DNA of 64,000 nt, from the NCBI GenBank assembly GCA_965644295.1, contig CBFFRP010000148.1:1-64000 (forward strand). The letters run 5' to 3'. The position numbers were made by a program, and so were the translations under genes. Of this stretch, positions 44,608 through 55,789 are shown in pieces. Position 1 is the stretch's first letter; every line of letters begins with the position of its first letter. This DNA is from Paraphysomonas bandaiensis. Taxonomy: Eukaryota > Protista > Chrysophyceae. The notes beneath the pieces are model-generated. The model searched no databases and was not told the DNA's origin. It saw only the letters and a program-made list of their open reading frames with translations.

Positions 44608-44733
44608 AGTCAGCAAATATATTTGGTTATGAGTATGAGAATATAAGTAATGTAGACGTATTTGTGCCTGCAGAAGTTAAGCATCCGGGAATGGGTTGTT
44701 CACCTTAAGGACTCAAAAATCCTAAAGTCAGCA
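44608..44733 (-). repeat. dispersed repeat family copy, split by the gypsy insertion (right part)
   Basis: GCCTGCAGAAGTTAAGCATCCGGGA..GTTCACCTTAAGGACTCAAAA..AAGTCAGCA is the reverse complement of about 52914-52976. Confidence 0.85.
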
Positions 44734-45025
44734 AAAGAGTCGATTTCGACGCTTCTTCACAGTAGGCCATAACCTTTTGCAAGACCTTCATCCACATACC
44801 TCCGAGCCACTTGGCACAATGCCTAAAGGAAGGCCACCAGATCGCCAATATAAGCAGGGTATAGTACTGTGTTCCCCTGGTTGTTGTGAGGTACATAAGG
44901 CAGTCCCCGATGCAAATTGCACACAATGTATGTGTAGTCTTAAGCGTTCCAGTGTTGTAGTAGTAGACTTAGATCACTGCTTTATGTTGCACAACGTGTC
45001 CCCTACATACACATCTATCATATAG

Positions 45026-45500
45026 CGCCGGTGAGTCCTAGGACACAAGACAATATGGCGAAACTCGCAATCAACACCAAGAACGGAAGTGGTCGCACCT
45101 TGGTGCTTGCGGCGACGCACAAGCAGCTTCTGTAGCGTTAAATAGTAGGATAATGGAATTTGTGCTGATTAGTTATGGGTATAGGTCTAACTAATATGTC
45201 TAGCATTCAACTAGCCACTATATTGGCACAGGTTTTTAACGCCTATTGCTAAATAAAAAGACTTTCAATATCTAAAGTCAGCAGATGGCAGGTGTATCAA
45301 CATTCGGCTTGTTCACTGCGTTTTTGCTTCGAGTGATAGATCGAAAGTGATTGCACCTTGGTGCTTGCGGTGTGACACACAAGCAGCTTTTGTAGCGTTA
45401 AATAATAGTAGATATCAGAGTTAAACACTAGATAGTTAAAATGTTTTGCGATATTAGTTCTGACTCTTACACACCTATTGCTAATAAACAAACATTCACT
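45026..45500 (-). repeat. two adjacent copies of the dispersed repeat family (variant B 45026-45270, variant A 45275-45500)
   Basis: Reverse complements of 55213-55456 and about 54764-54990; shared GCACCTTGGTGCTTGCGG and CCTATTGCTAA. Confidence 0.88.
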
Positions 45501-45835
45501 ACTTGTTTTTATATTAAGGTAAAATCTGTACAACATTCAGCAAAGCAGAGATGCTCAATTGGTCTGAGGGGGTATACTTAAGTACTATTGTTTCATAAGA
45601 TCCTTGTTGGCTTTGCTGATTGCAAAAATAAGATACTTGCCACTTCCACATATATATACATGTTCCGTTCAGCTCATAGTAGTCGTTTAGTCAGAAAGAT
45701 TTCAGACAACTGCGATCAAAACTTTGACACTGCTGAAACTGAATATGATGGCGCAGGAGTAATTGTTTTCTCAAACAGGTAAATGTTTGTACAATTGGTT
45801 TCTGGTGTACAATCGATAAATAATTACATATGAGT

Positions 45836-45976
45836 GTGAATGCCTTGTTATTAGCAATAGGCGTTTTAGAGTCAGAACTAATGTAGTAAAGCAACTAACT
45901 TGTGCATAACTCTAATATTCTACTATTTATCGTTACGACAGTTATTGTGCGTAACCGCAGGCACCAAAGTGTAACC
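45836..45976 (+). repeat. degenerate copy of the left module of the dispersed repeat
   Basis: TTAGCAATAGGCGT...TTGTGCGTAACCGCAGGCACCAAAGTG. Confidence 0.75.
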
Positions 45977-46367
45977 TCTTCCGCTGTATTCATACCATGA
46001 TGAATCAAAATTCGAAGTCAATTAATTGCAGATATCAGTTGCCAAAAAGAACTATTTTTTAGTGAGATCAACTGATCTAGTGTTCATGTATTTTATACAT
46101 GCTACCATCAGATATGGAACTACTTAAAAACACCACCACATTGTAACCATATAATACTTCGGTTTATCCTCACGAGCTACCTTATCGTCGAGGTGCGAAT
46201 CAATAGAGGTACTTTTCATGCTGATTTCTCTTCGCTTGATCGTCATACTCTAACAACAAGGAAATATATAACACTAATACGAGTGAATATTAAAAATATT
46301 TACTACACTTTCGCTATATAGTCTATACTAATTGACGTCGGTTTCATTCATATACTAAAGCTAACAT

Positions 46368-48251
46368 TCATATCAGCTCTCCACCATCATCAGTCCAGCC
46401 CGCCCTCCACTCTCTCGAAAATCCATGTCCAACAGATTTTTTCATTCGTGGGTGTTGTACTCTTCCTTTGCTGTGATAGTACGTGTCTTCCCCCAGTCCA
46501 TGATATCCCCGCAGTCTATGAATATATCCTGTGAAAGTAGAAAAAAAGGTACCTGCGAACACCTTCGCACGGGAGCAGACAATTGACTCCACCATACCAT
46601 ATACATTCGGATTTACATTATCCAAAGCTCCTGTCTTGCTGTAGTCGTTCAAAAATCTGACCGTCCAACCAGCATCCGCAAATGCCTTCCAAGACGGGTC
46701 CTCGGGACATCCCACGGGCTTTTTCCCTGGCTCATACTTATCACATGGAATTCGCTGGACCATACAATTTTCGCACACGCCCTTAGGGTCGTCCGTAGAT
46801 AAATACACAAGGGAGCCAGGAGGGATCACAGATTTACCGTCCACAATGAGGTTCTGCACTATCTCTGCGGCACTGTGTTTTACCTCCTGCAATGTTCATT
46901 CAGAGACATATGCAACAAATCATACTACAACACACATACCTTGAACTGGAAATCACCCCTACGAACATGAAGGGCGTAGAAATCCGAGCTGGTGCCCTTA
47001 TTGTGGGCCAAGGCATCTCGACGCACTTCTCGTAGTACTCTATCTCCGACGCACTGGATCTCATCTTTGTACCTCATATAGTCCCTCACGAATCTCCTGT
47101 AAAAGCTCTGCATCTCCTTGTCCACAAAGAAGGCAAACGCTTCACGTAAAGTTAACGTTGAGAAATATAGTAACATGTAAAATTACCATAGTGGTGCTGT
47201 AGCAGCCGATGCTTTGGACCAGTTTGGAAGTGTATATGGTGAGCTGCACTCATGGAGTGAGACGATAATACAATGACGAAAATGTAGCGGCACTACTACC
47301 TTCCATCAGCTCCTTGCCGTAAAAAACTGGACTACGCTCTCCCCCGAAAGCTTTAAGCCGGGTCTGAACTGAAACCGGTAATTCGTTAAACCTTTCCTGC
47401 GTGAATGACTCTAGATCGGTGCTGGAGTTAGGCATCGCCAAAAACCTTCCCATCCATTGCGGTTTTTCATCAGCAACAGATCGTAGGTAATGGTGGAGCT
47501 CGCGGCCCCATAGGTCGGTCCTGTTCTTGGGCGGGAGAATTCCATGCAGGCCTCCAGTCACACCCTCCTTGCGTAAAAATTCCTCCGTGGACAACACATG
47601 AAATCCCTTATGATATCGAAGCAAATTAATATCGAAGAAGTCATCAAATCCCATTTCGTCTTTGCCAACATGAGCCTTTGTTAATAGATACAAATGCTGC
47701 TTTGGAGGGACAACAAGTGTACGACCCATAGCATGAGCAACAACCATTAAACATTCCATACCCATTCTAATATTATTCCATCCTCCTTCATCATATTCAT
47801 ATGTAAGATATCGATCATGATGTATGCCATGATGAGGGGTGATCGGGCTCTCATATGTATCATCTCCAGGCACTATCTTCCAATAGATCACCTCACTATC
47901 AACCAGACGTCCATTACACTTAAGTTCACCTCTTCTTTCAATATTCTCATCATATTCACTACTCTCATTCTTTCTCATATCATTCTTGTTCATTTCATTG
48001 TGAATCAATGGCTGAATCACTGGTTTGAGTGTGTTAATACGACTATGATTTCCATGGAATTGAAAGGATTTCAAGAATGAATTTTCAGTTTCTTGTATAT
48101 CTAAACGTGCTTCTTCAAGACGTTGTGATATCTTCCGTAAATAATCTGTACTTTCAGATATTGAAACCTTCTCTTCATGTTGGATGATAGTGTATAAGGT
48201 GAGGATAGTAAATATACTTGTACATAGTAATATGATCCTCTTTAAGGACAT
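46368..48251 (-). CDS. GDP-fucose protein O-fucosyltransferase family (POFUT2-like fold), multi-exon type II membrane protein
   Basis: N-terminal TM anchor; YEYDEGGWNNIRMGME..RTLVVPP; ALHVRRGDFQF; YLSTD; VESIVCSRAKVFAGTFFSTFTGYIHRLR. Confidence 0.9.
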
Positions 48252-48881
48252 TTCCTATAGGGAATATACGTATATATATATGTATGTTATTACTAGAATA
48301 TTATGAAAGTAGAAGTATGAAGTTTGAGTTTATTAGCCAATAAGAGAAGAGAAAGAATATTAACTTGAATGTACTTTGAGTATGTCAATTAATAAGCGGT
48401 ATTTTGCATATATTATTGCATTAGAAGGTTGCTATAGATGCCTCATAGTAGATCGTGCATGTATAGGTATGTATATTCATTCATGTGCTTGTTAAGGTGT
48501 TCAATATATATATACGTACTCCAATACATGGTACTGTAATGACAACTTGGAGAGACTGTTTTCAACATACAGACTTTGCAATACACATCAATCACTGTAT
48601 ATACAGCAGTACAGTACAGCAGTATATCTGATTAATTACTCTCAATTTTTATATATTGCACAAAAATCCCTATTTTTACAATCAAAAATATACACTTTCC
48701 ATGATTATAATACTAAAAAACCTCAATAATAATACTGATATGGTAAACCTCGTCACCATTAAGTGTCCATACATACATATACATATCTACCCATCCCACC
48801 TCTCCTCACCATAACACTATAATGACATAACCATTCAATGAAACAATAACTGTAATCAATCTCTTCTCACCTATCAACTTC

Positions 48882-50982
48882 ATGAATCTAATGAGCGTGT
48901 GTATCACCCTCTATGGGCTTGGCTTGCTATGGTATATCTTCCTCCCACTTATCTCTATAACAACTACAGAATTAAAGCCCAGACAATTATTCGTTGATGA
49001 GAATTCTCTTCTCACTACAACCATCCCATTTGAACCTCTTCCAATCATACCTGTAACTACAATGACCTCTATACATACAGATCATATATGTGGATACATG
49101 CATAATCAATCGATCATATGTAGCATCACGAATCACACTCATACACCCATAGTTCATATATTAATTGAATCAGATAATCGACCTTCAAGTGGGGAGATAT
49201 CTGTTATTGTCATCAAGATGTTTCGTTATCAACAACCTATGTGGGTGTTGGATATGGTCATGGCATTAATCAGCCATTTGAGGAGTGCGAACTGGATGTC
49301 AAAGTCTGTGTTATTACTCCTTGTTCCTATAAGTGACTGCTCAGATTCTAACCTTTCTGCCTCTTTGGAAGACTGGTTATTTCAGTATCACAATGGGAAG
49401 GCGGGTGTTTCGTACAATGGTCTGCTCCGCGGTGCGTTAGTTTTGGACCTTGTTGCTGGGGCCGAATGCTCTTCCTCTCCCCCCCCTATATCCTGGGATG
49501 GAGGTTACGAGCTGCGATTGATTGGAACCGATGGAGATCTACCGAATATGGATATGGTTTCCGCTCCTCTATCTATGTTTTCGGATCACTTATATGTTGT
49601 CGGCGGAGCTGATGACTTCTTGGACTGGAAGCGGTATGGGAGGATTGGGGAGTACTTGGAGCGATTGTGGGGTTTGACAAGTTTCTGCTATAAAACACTG
49701 TGTGGTGCAGATGGATGGCATGCTCATTTTCTTTCTCGGGGAATTGATGCCATTACCTTACGCCCAATGGCGAATACACACCGGCTAATGGGAACTAAGA
49801 GCAGCAGATCAACTGGACATTTTCTGGGTGTGGTTGTCTCACTACTTAGAGTCATGAGCAATATGCATGGTAAGTTGGTGCGTATCCTTGTTACTTACTG
49901 GCTCGTGAAGTGTTATCACTGTTTTTTCTTTGCCTGGTGTATATGTGTTTGTATTCGTGGTGGAATATTTTTCACTGCATATTTCCAGAGGAGCTTCATC
50001 ATTCCTTTTTTGCCTACCTCTTAATGGGTCGTTGGCACTTCGTTGTGAGTATAAAAATGTAAAAGTATCATGTTTGCTAATATTACACAGGGGTTTCCGG
50101 AGATGTCATCAAGTCTACTGGTATTATTTCTTCCGTTACTGCTCTGTACGTTGAGGAGCGTGCGCAAAACGATCGATTACTGTTCCGCTAACAACAAAGG
50201 GGATGTTGCAGGCGTTATAAAAGGTCTGATGCTTGCGTCAGTGGATGTTGTAGTAGCGATAGGTATAGGAGTTTTTATATTCGCAGTCTGTGTTATTATC
50301 AAGGGTCAACCGGAGGATGAGCGCAGAGACTTATTGATTCTTTGTGGTGGGCACTGCTCGATTTTGGCCTTAACTGTCGCGGTTTTTTTCTTCTCTGCAC
50401 ATTTACTGCAATCCATATTGTACCCTGTTGCTATAGTTAGATCGAGTTCAACCCCAATGCTTATTGGCTACACAAGTGTTATACTCATATTTACATCCTT
50501 GGTGATTGGGACTATAGCCGTCAACTATTATGTTCTTAGCTTGGTGGTTTGTGTTATGTCTTCGCCGTTGCTAGTTTCTTCGTCTCTTGTAGTACTTGCG
50601 GAATGCTCAGAATACAGTGGTGATGTATGCTCGAAAAGATGTGCAAGTCAATTACTGCGATGTGCGGTTGCGTGTATCTTACTTGGAGCGGCTTGTTTGT
50701 TAGGAATATTGGATCGTCTAGGGTTGCTCTTGAGTGTGTTCGATTCATTGGATAGTATGTTCAATAACGCCGCAGAGGTTTGTATGCTTCATATTCGTTA
50801 GATGTGGAATATAACGTCTTGTTCGTAGTCGAAGAGCTTGCTTTTTATTGTTGCGTTTCCCATTGTGCATGTAACAAGGTAAGACGAAATAGGTAGTGTT
50901 CGTTGATTTCACTACATTCATGATTGTGTTTCGCAGTTTGTTTTTTTCTAGAATTTGGTCGATAAGGTGGTCATATGTATAA
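48882..50982 (+). CDS. GPAA1: GPI transamidase component GAA1/GPAA1, multi-exon
   Basis: N-terminal TM then RQLFVDENSL; ANWMSKSV; GTDGDLPNMDMV; HAHFLSRGIDAITL; LRVMSNMH-EELHHSFFAYL across an intron; multi-TM C-terminus. Confidence 0.88.
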
Positions 50983-51211
50983 ATCCGAGAAGTTGACTAG
51001 CGCGAAGGATATGTGTTTGAGTTGCCATATAAAAGAAAATGCCGAAGAAAGAGAGCTTCATAGAGGCATATCACTTCTTTAAGTGTGATATATGTTCTCT
51101 ACACCATGATCGTAAATCGAATTCTTTGTCGCAAGTAAATATTAACCAGTGCGACATTTGTATCCGATTTAGTAGTGTTATGTTTGTTGTGTAGTTGGTA
51201 ATAGTTAGCAC

Positions 51212-52009
51212 CAGGGCTAGGAAACAATATATTGAATTGCAATACATTGTACAATATATTGCAATATATTGTAAAATATACTGATTAATCGACCGGCCAA
51301 AAATCCCATCAATATTGTTTCTGTTAAAGTGGCTCACAATATATTGCAATCAATATTATGATAGTCATATAAGAGAAGATTCTCAACTGTAGGGTGCAAA
51401 ATGGATATAAATAACAGAGAAATTGATTACAACATTACAAAAGATGATGAAGCTGATGTTCAATGTTGACTACGCGAATAAAAATCTTCAGTCAGCTCAA
51501 AAAATTTAGAAACGTATAGGTCCACGAGTCATTAACGGTTACCAGGCCCTGGTATGTACTTCCAATACATGGGAACGTCTGTTCAGCGCAGCTAAAAATA
51601 TTATTATATCAGTGTTGCGCAAAAGTATCCATCCTACTTAATATGCTGTTGTTTCTGAAAGCTATTCGACAGTTGTGGCCGGATACTAGCATATTTCGAT
51701 TAATACTGTGGATGAATATGGTGATGTTGACTTCACCAATGATGGCTCAGAGGATGAGGACGAGGTGGATTTTTATTAGCTATAAGCAGTAGTTGGTTTG
51801 GTTGTCATGTGATCTTAATGACTAACACTAAAAATGGAATCTACGGATGTGTTTACTTACTGATTAGTCATACTAATATATTGCAATACATTGACAATAT
51901 ATTGCAATATATTGTAATTGTATTGTTGGGTCTGTTTAAAATCTCCATCAATACTATTGATGGAACGCTATCTAACAATAGTATTGCAATATATTGTTTC
52001 CTAGCCCTG
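51212..52009. mobile_element. hAT-type MITE, intact ends
   Basis: Perfect 23-bp TIR CAGGGCTAGGAAACAATATATTG; perfect 8-bp TSD GTTAGCAC at 51204-51211 and 52010-52017; no transposase ORF. Confidence 0.95.
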
Positions 52010-52699
52010 GTTAGCACTGATAGAGAATAATAGATAGATATATTGAAAATCTGATTATTAAGAAGCGCAAGCTTGTGCGTTGCCGCGACCAACCTAACAA
52101 CTCGCGCGACACTATGCATAACATGACTCTCATCTAGTTACTATTGCATGCACCGACAAGTGCTCAACTATACAACACGATTTAGTTAGCTACATGGGCA
52201 TACGACGAGTTGCGTGTTTAAGCCGGATCATACGCTCCTGCCCAATCTACTTGTCCTAACACAAACAACTTGCGGTCGGTGTCTTCGGCATATGTCTCCT
52301 GTATATGCGGCAGATCTTTAGGGCCCTCTTCAAGGTGGTGTTCACAGCAGCAGGTAGTCTGGAAGGGAGAATAAAGTAGCTCTATAGCGCCGGGTCCTCC
52401 CACGGTCACGAAGCGGTCTCACTGGTGCAATTTTGCACACTGACGCATGAAACAGACATCTACCAAAATCTGTTACAAATTCAAGCTGACTCCAATGTCT
52501 TCCTTCCATTGTGTGCACTCGTCCAGCACATGCATCCACCTTGCACTCTTCTCCCGAGTGACTTACACTAGTAGGAAACCGTGCACCTTCCCCGCTCGGA
52601 TGAAAACCTACTAAAAGCAAGAATAACATAAAAGCACCACAAATGTACCTGACACTGCTTGGAGAACAGTGCCAGAGCCTTGATATAATCTCAATGACC

Positions 52700-54702
52700 T
52701 GGGTCAGGAGAAACCAAGACTAGGCAGTAGACGTGTGAGAAGACATGACAGGTCTAATCACATCATTGCCATTGCCATGCATCCATGAGGAAAGTTTGAC
52801 GCATTACCTCGGTCATTGGCCACACAGATACCGAATAATGTGAACTCATACTCAGCATCAATCACTCAAAGCAAACGCAGGGAGCAAGCAGAATGTTGAT
52901 ATACCTGACATCTGCTGACTTCAGGTTTTTTGAGTTCTTAAGGTGAACATCCCGGATGCTTAACTTCAGCAGGCAGCCCAATACCCCGGTTACCCTTCTG
53001 GTGGGCCCTGTCCCGGATGCCCTTGAGGTGGGCCCATTCCCGGATGCCTGTTTATTCGTCAGGGCCCAAAGACGTCTACACAAGTGACACTAATTAGTGT
53101 CCCTTGTACCACACAAGCATTTGGCTATGAGTGGGCAGAACAATATCTGCTGACTATATGTTTGCGGCTCACGTTAGTTTCCCAGAGAGAATCTCTCCGG
53201 TACTTATCCCCCAGAACACCACGAAGAGGTGCGAGTCCGACTTTGTTGAGGGTAATAGATAGATATATACATTTTAAAAAATACTCCCAGTTATTCCTTT
53301 ACGGCTAACCACAACAGTAAAAGCAGTTAAAAAGGACAGTGATCATAGTGATTTTGTTTTGGTACTAAATATATAATCAATCAATGATAGTCATATTATT
53401 ACTTGAATACTAAATAGACTGATATTTATAGAATAAGGTATGCAATGACCCATAATAAGTGTGATAAAACCTTATCCCCATTCAAAAACCTTATCCCCAT
53501 GAGTTTGGTTCAAGAATTGTTTAAATTTAATCTTCACAACCCGGCCTTCGCAACTACACTTCGAGAATACTACTGGAGAGTGCTGAGGCCACAGCTGATG
53601 TTTAGCTGATGTTTAGGTAGACGTCGTCAATTGAGCTTTTTACAGAATCCCGGCAAATTGTAATAAACATTTTTGAACACATCATGTTAGTTGTCCTATA
53701 GTAATTTTGAACCTTTAAGTAGCTACATGTAGTTTGCATTGCCTATGATTATGTATAATAACTAATAACTAATATCGGCACTCCAATTATACCTTGCCAG
53801 TTGGGTCAGGAGAAACCAAGACTAGGCAGTAGACGTGTGAGAAGACATGACAGGTCTAATCACATCATTGCCATTGCCATGCATCCATGAGGAAAGTTTG
53901 ACGCATTACCTCGGTCATTGGCCACACAGATACCGAATAATGTGAACTCATACTCAGCATCAATCACTCAAAGCAAACGCAGGGAGCAAGCAGAATGTTG
54001 ATATACCTGACATCTGCTGACTTCAGGTTTTTTGAGTTCTTAAGGTGAACATCCCGGATGCTTAACTTCAGCAGGCAGCCCAATACCCCGGTTACCCTTC
54101 TGGTGGGCCCTGTCCCGGATGCCCTTGAGGTGGGCCCATTCCCGGATGCCTGTTTATTCGTCAGGGCCCAAAGACGTCTACACAAGTGACACTAATTAGT
54201 GTCCCTTGTACCACACAAGCATTTGGCTATGAGTGGGCAGAACAATATCTGCTGACTATATGTTTGCGGCTCACGTTAGTTTCCCAGAGAGAATCTCTCC
54301 GGTACTTATCCCCCAGAACACCACGAAGAGGTGCGAGTCCGACTTTGTTGAGGGTAATAGATAGATATATACATTTTAAAAAATACTCCCAGTTATTCCT
54401 TTACGGCTAACCACAACAGTAAAAGCAGTTAAAAAGGACAGTGATCATAGTGATTTTGTTTTGGTACTAAATATATAATCAATCAATGATAGTCATATTA
54501 TTACTTGAATACTAAATAGACTGATATTTATAGAATAAGGTATGCAATGACCCATAATAAGTGTGATAAAACCTTATCCCCATTCAAAAACCTTATCCCC
54601 ATGAGTTTGGTTCAAGAATTGTTTAAATTTAATCTTCACAACCCGGCCTTCGCAACTACACTTCGAGAATACTACTGGAGAGTGCTAAGGCCACAGCTGA
54701 TG
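52700..54702 (+). repeat. 901-bp direct duplication (52700-53600 and 53802-54702) with a 201-bp spacer
   Basis: Constant offset 1102; identical small ORFs in both copies; one visible mismatch near the right end. Confidence 0.95.
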
Positions 54703-54763
54703 CTGAACATAATTTAGAGAGGTGGCACCCAGTCCTTTATGGGTTTGGGTCACTTCGTAGCAG

Positions 54764-55456
54764 TAAATGTCTTTTATAATTAGCAATAGGCGTGGAAGAG
54801 TTAAAACTAATTTAGCATTGCAATTAACTACCTACTAGTGCTTAACTCTGATATTCTACTATATGTATCGCTTCGAAAGCTGATTGTGCGTCACCGCAAG
54901 CACCAAGGTGCAACCACTTTTGATCTATCACTCAAAGCAAACGCAGTGAGGAAGCCAAATGCTGATATACCTGACAGCTGCTGACTTCAGGATTATTGAG
55001 TCCTTAAGGATAAACTTCATGAACATTAATGTCAATACTATTAACGGTTATCAGTTATCTGGAGCAGCACTGAAGTGTGAGAAATCTTCCACATCTTCAG
55101 CTTCTAGCACTGCCTAATTATGAGTATAGTACCGGATAAATTTTACGACATAACCCACTTTGATGAGTTCACTGAGTTGTACGAAGCAGTGAACTTAGAG
55201 AGAGCTTTATATTATTGAAAGTCTTAATATTTAGCAATAGGCGTTAAAAACCTGCACCAATGTAGTGGCTAGTTGAATGCTAGACGTACTAGTTAGACCG
55301 CTACCCATAACTAATCAGCACAAATTCTATTATCCTACTATTTAGCGCTACAGAAGCTGCTTGTGCGTCGCCGCAAGCACCAAGGTGCGACCACTTTCTT
55401 TCTTAAAGTTGAGTGTGAGTTTCGCCATGATCGTGTGTACTAGGACTCACTGGCGC
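54764..55456 (+). repeat. two copies of the dispersed repeat family (variant A 54764-55009, variant B 55213-55456)
   Basis: TTAGCAATAGGCGT...CCGCAAGCACCAAGGTGC; variant A runs into the ATCACTCAAAGCAAACGCAG module also seen at 52861 and 53963. Confidence 0.88.
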
Positions 55457-55789
55457 GTGTTGTCAGGGGTCTCCCCTTGGGATGAGATTCCACCAGGCTA
55501 GAGAGAGCTTTAACAGCAATGACGTGGGCACCAGAACTGAAGAAGAAAATATATATATATAACAGACTGAACTTTAGAAGCTTTCAACTTGTATTAGGAA
55601 AAAGAATAAGAAACTGAAAGAAGCGTAGTTAACATTTTACACGACTGCTAAGGTGTAATGACTTGTACAACTACGACATAATGCTACTTGATACACAATA
55701 GTCTTGTGATAAACAATATATCTATAAATTAATCAGTAACTTATACAAATGATTCCAAATCAAATCGAATACACTGAAACGTCAAAATA

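Noticed and set aside
52218-52700. Short overlapping minus-strand ORFs with splice-like sites
   Set aside because: Could be a decayed gene, but no consistent frame or recognisable motif.
53125-53215. Hammerhead-ribozyme-like GAAACTA...TAGTC on the minus strand of the dispersed repeat
   Set aside because: No CUGANGA core in a suitable position in any copy.
52700-54702. TRIM/LARD-type LTR element
   Set aside because: No terminal inverted dinucleotides, TSD, PBS or PPT; boundaries cut across unrelated sequence.
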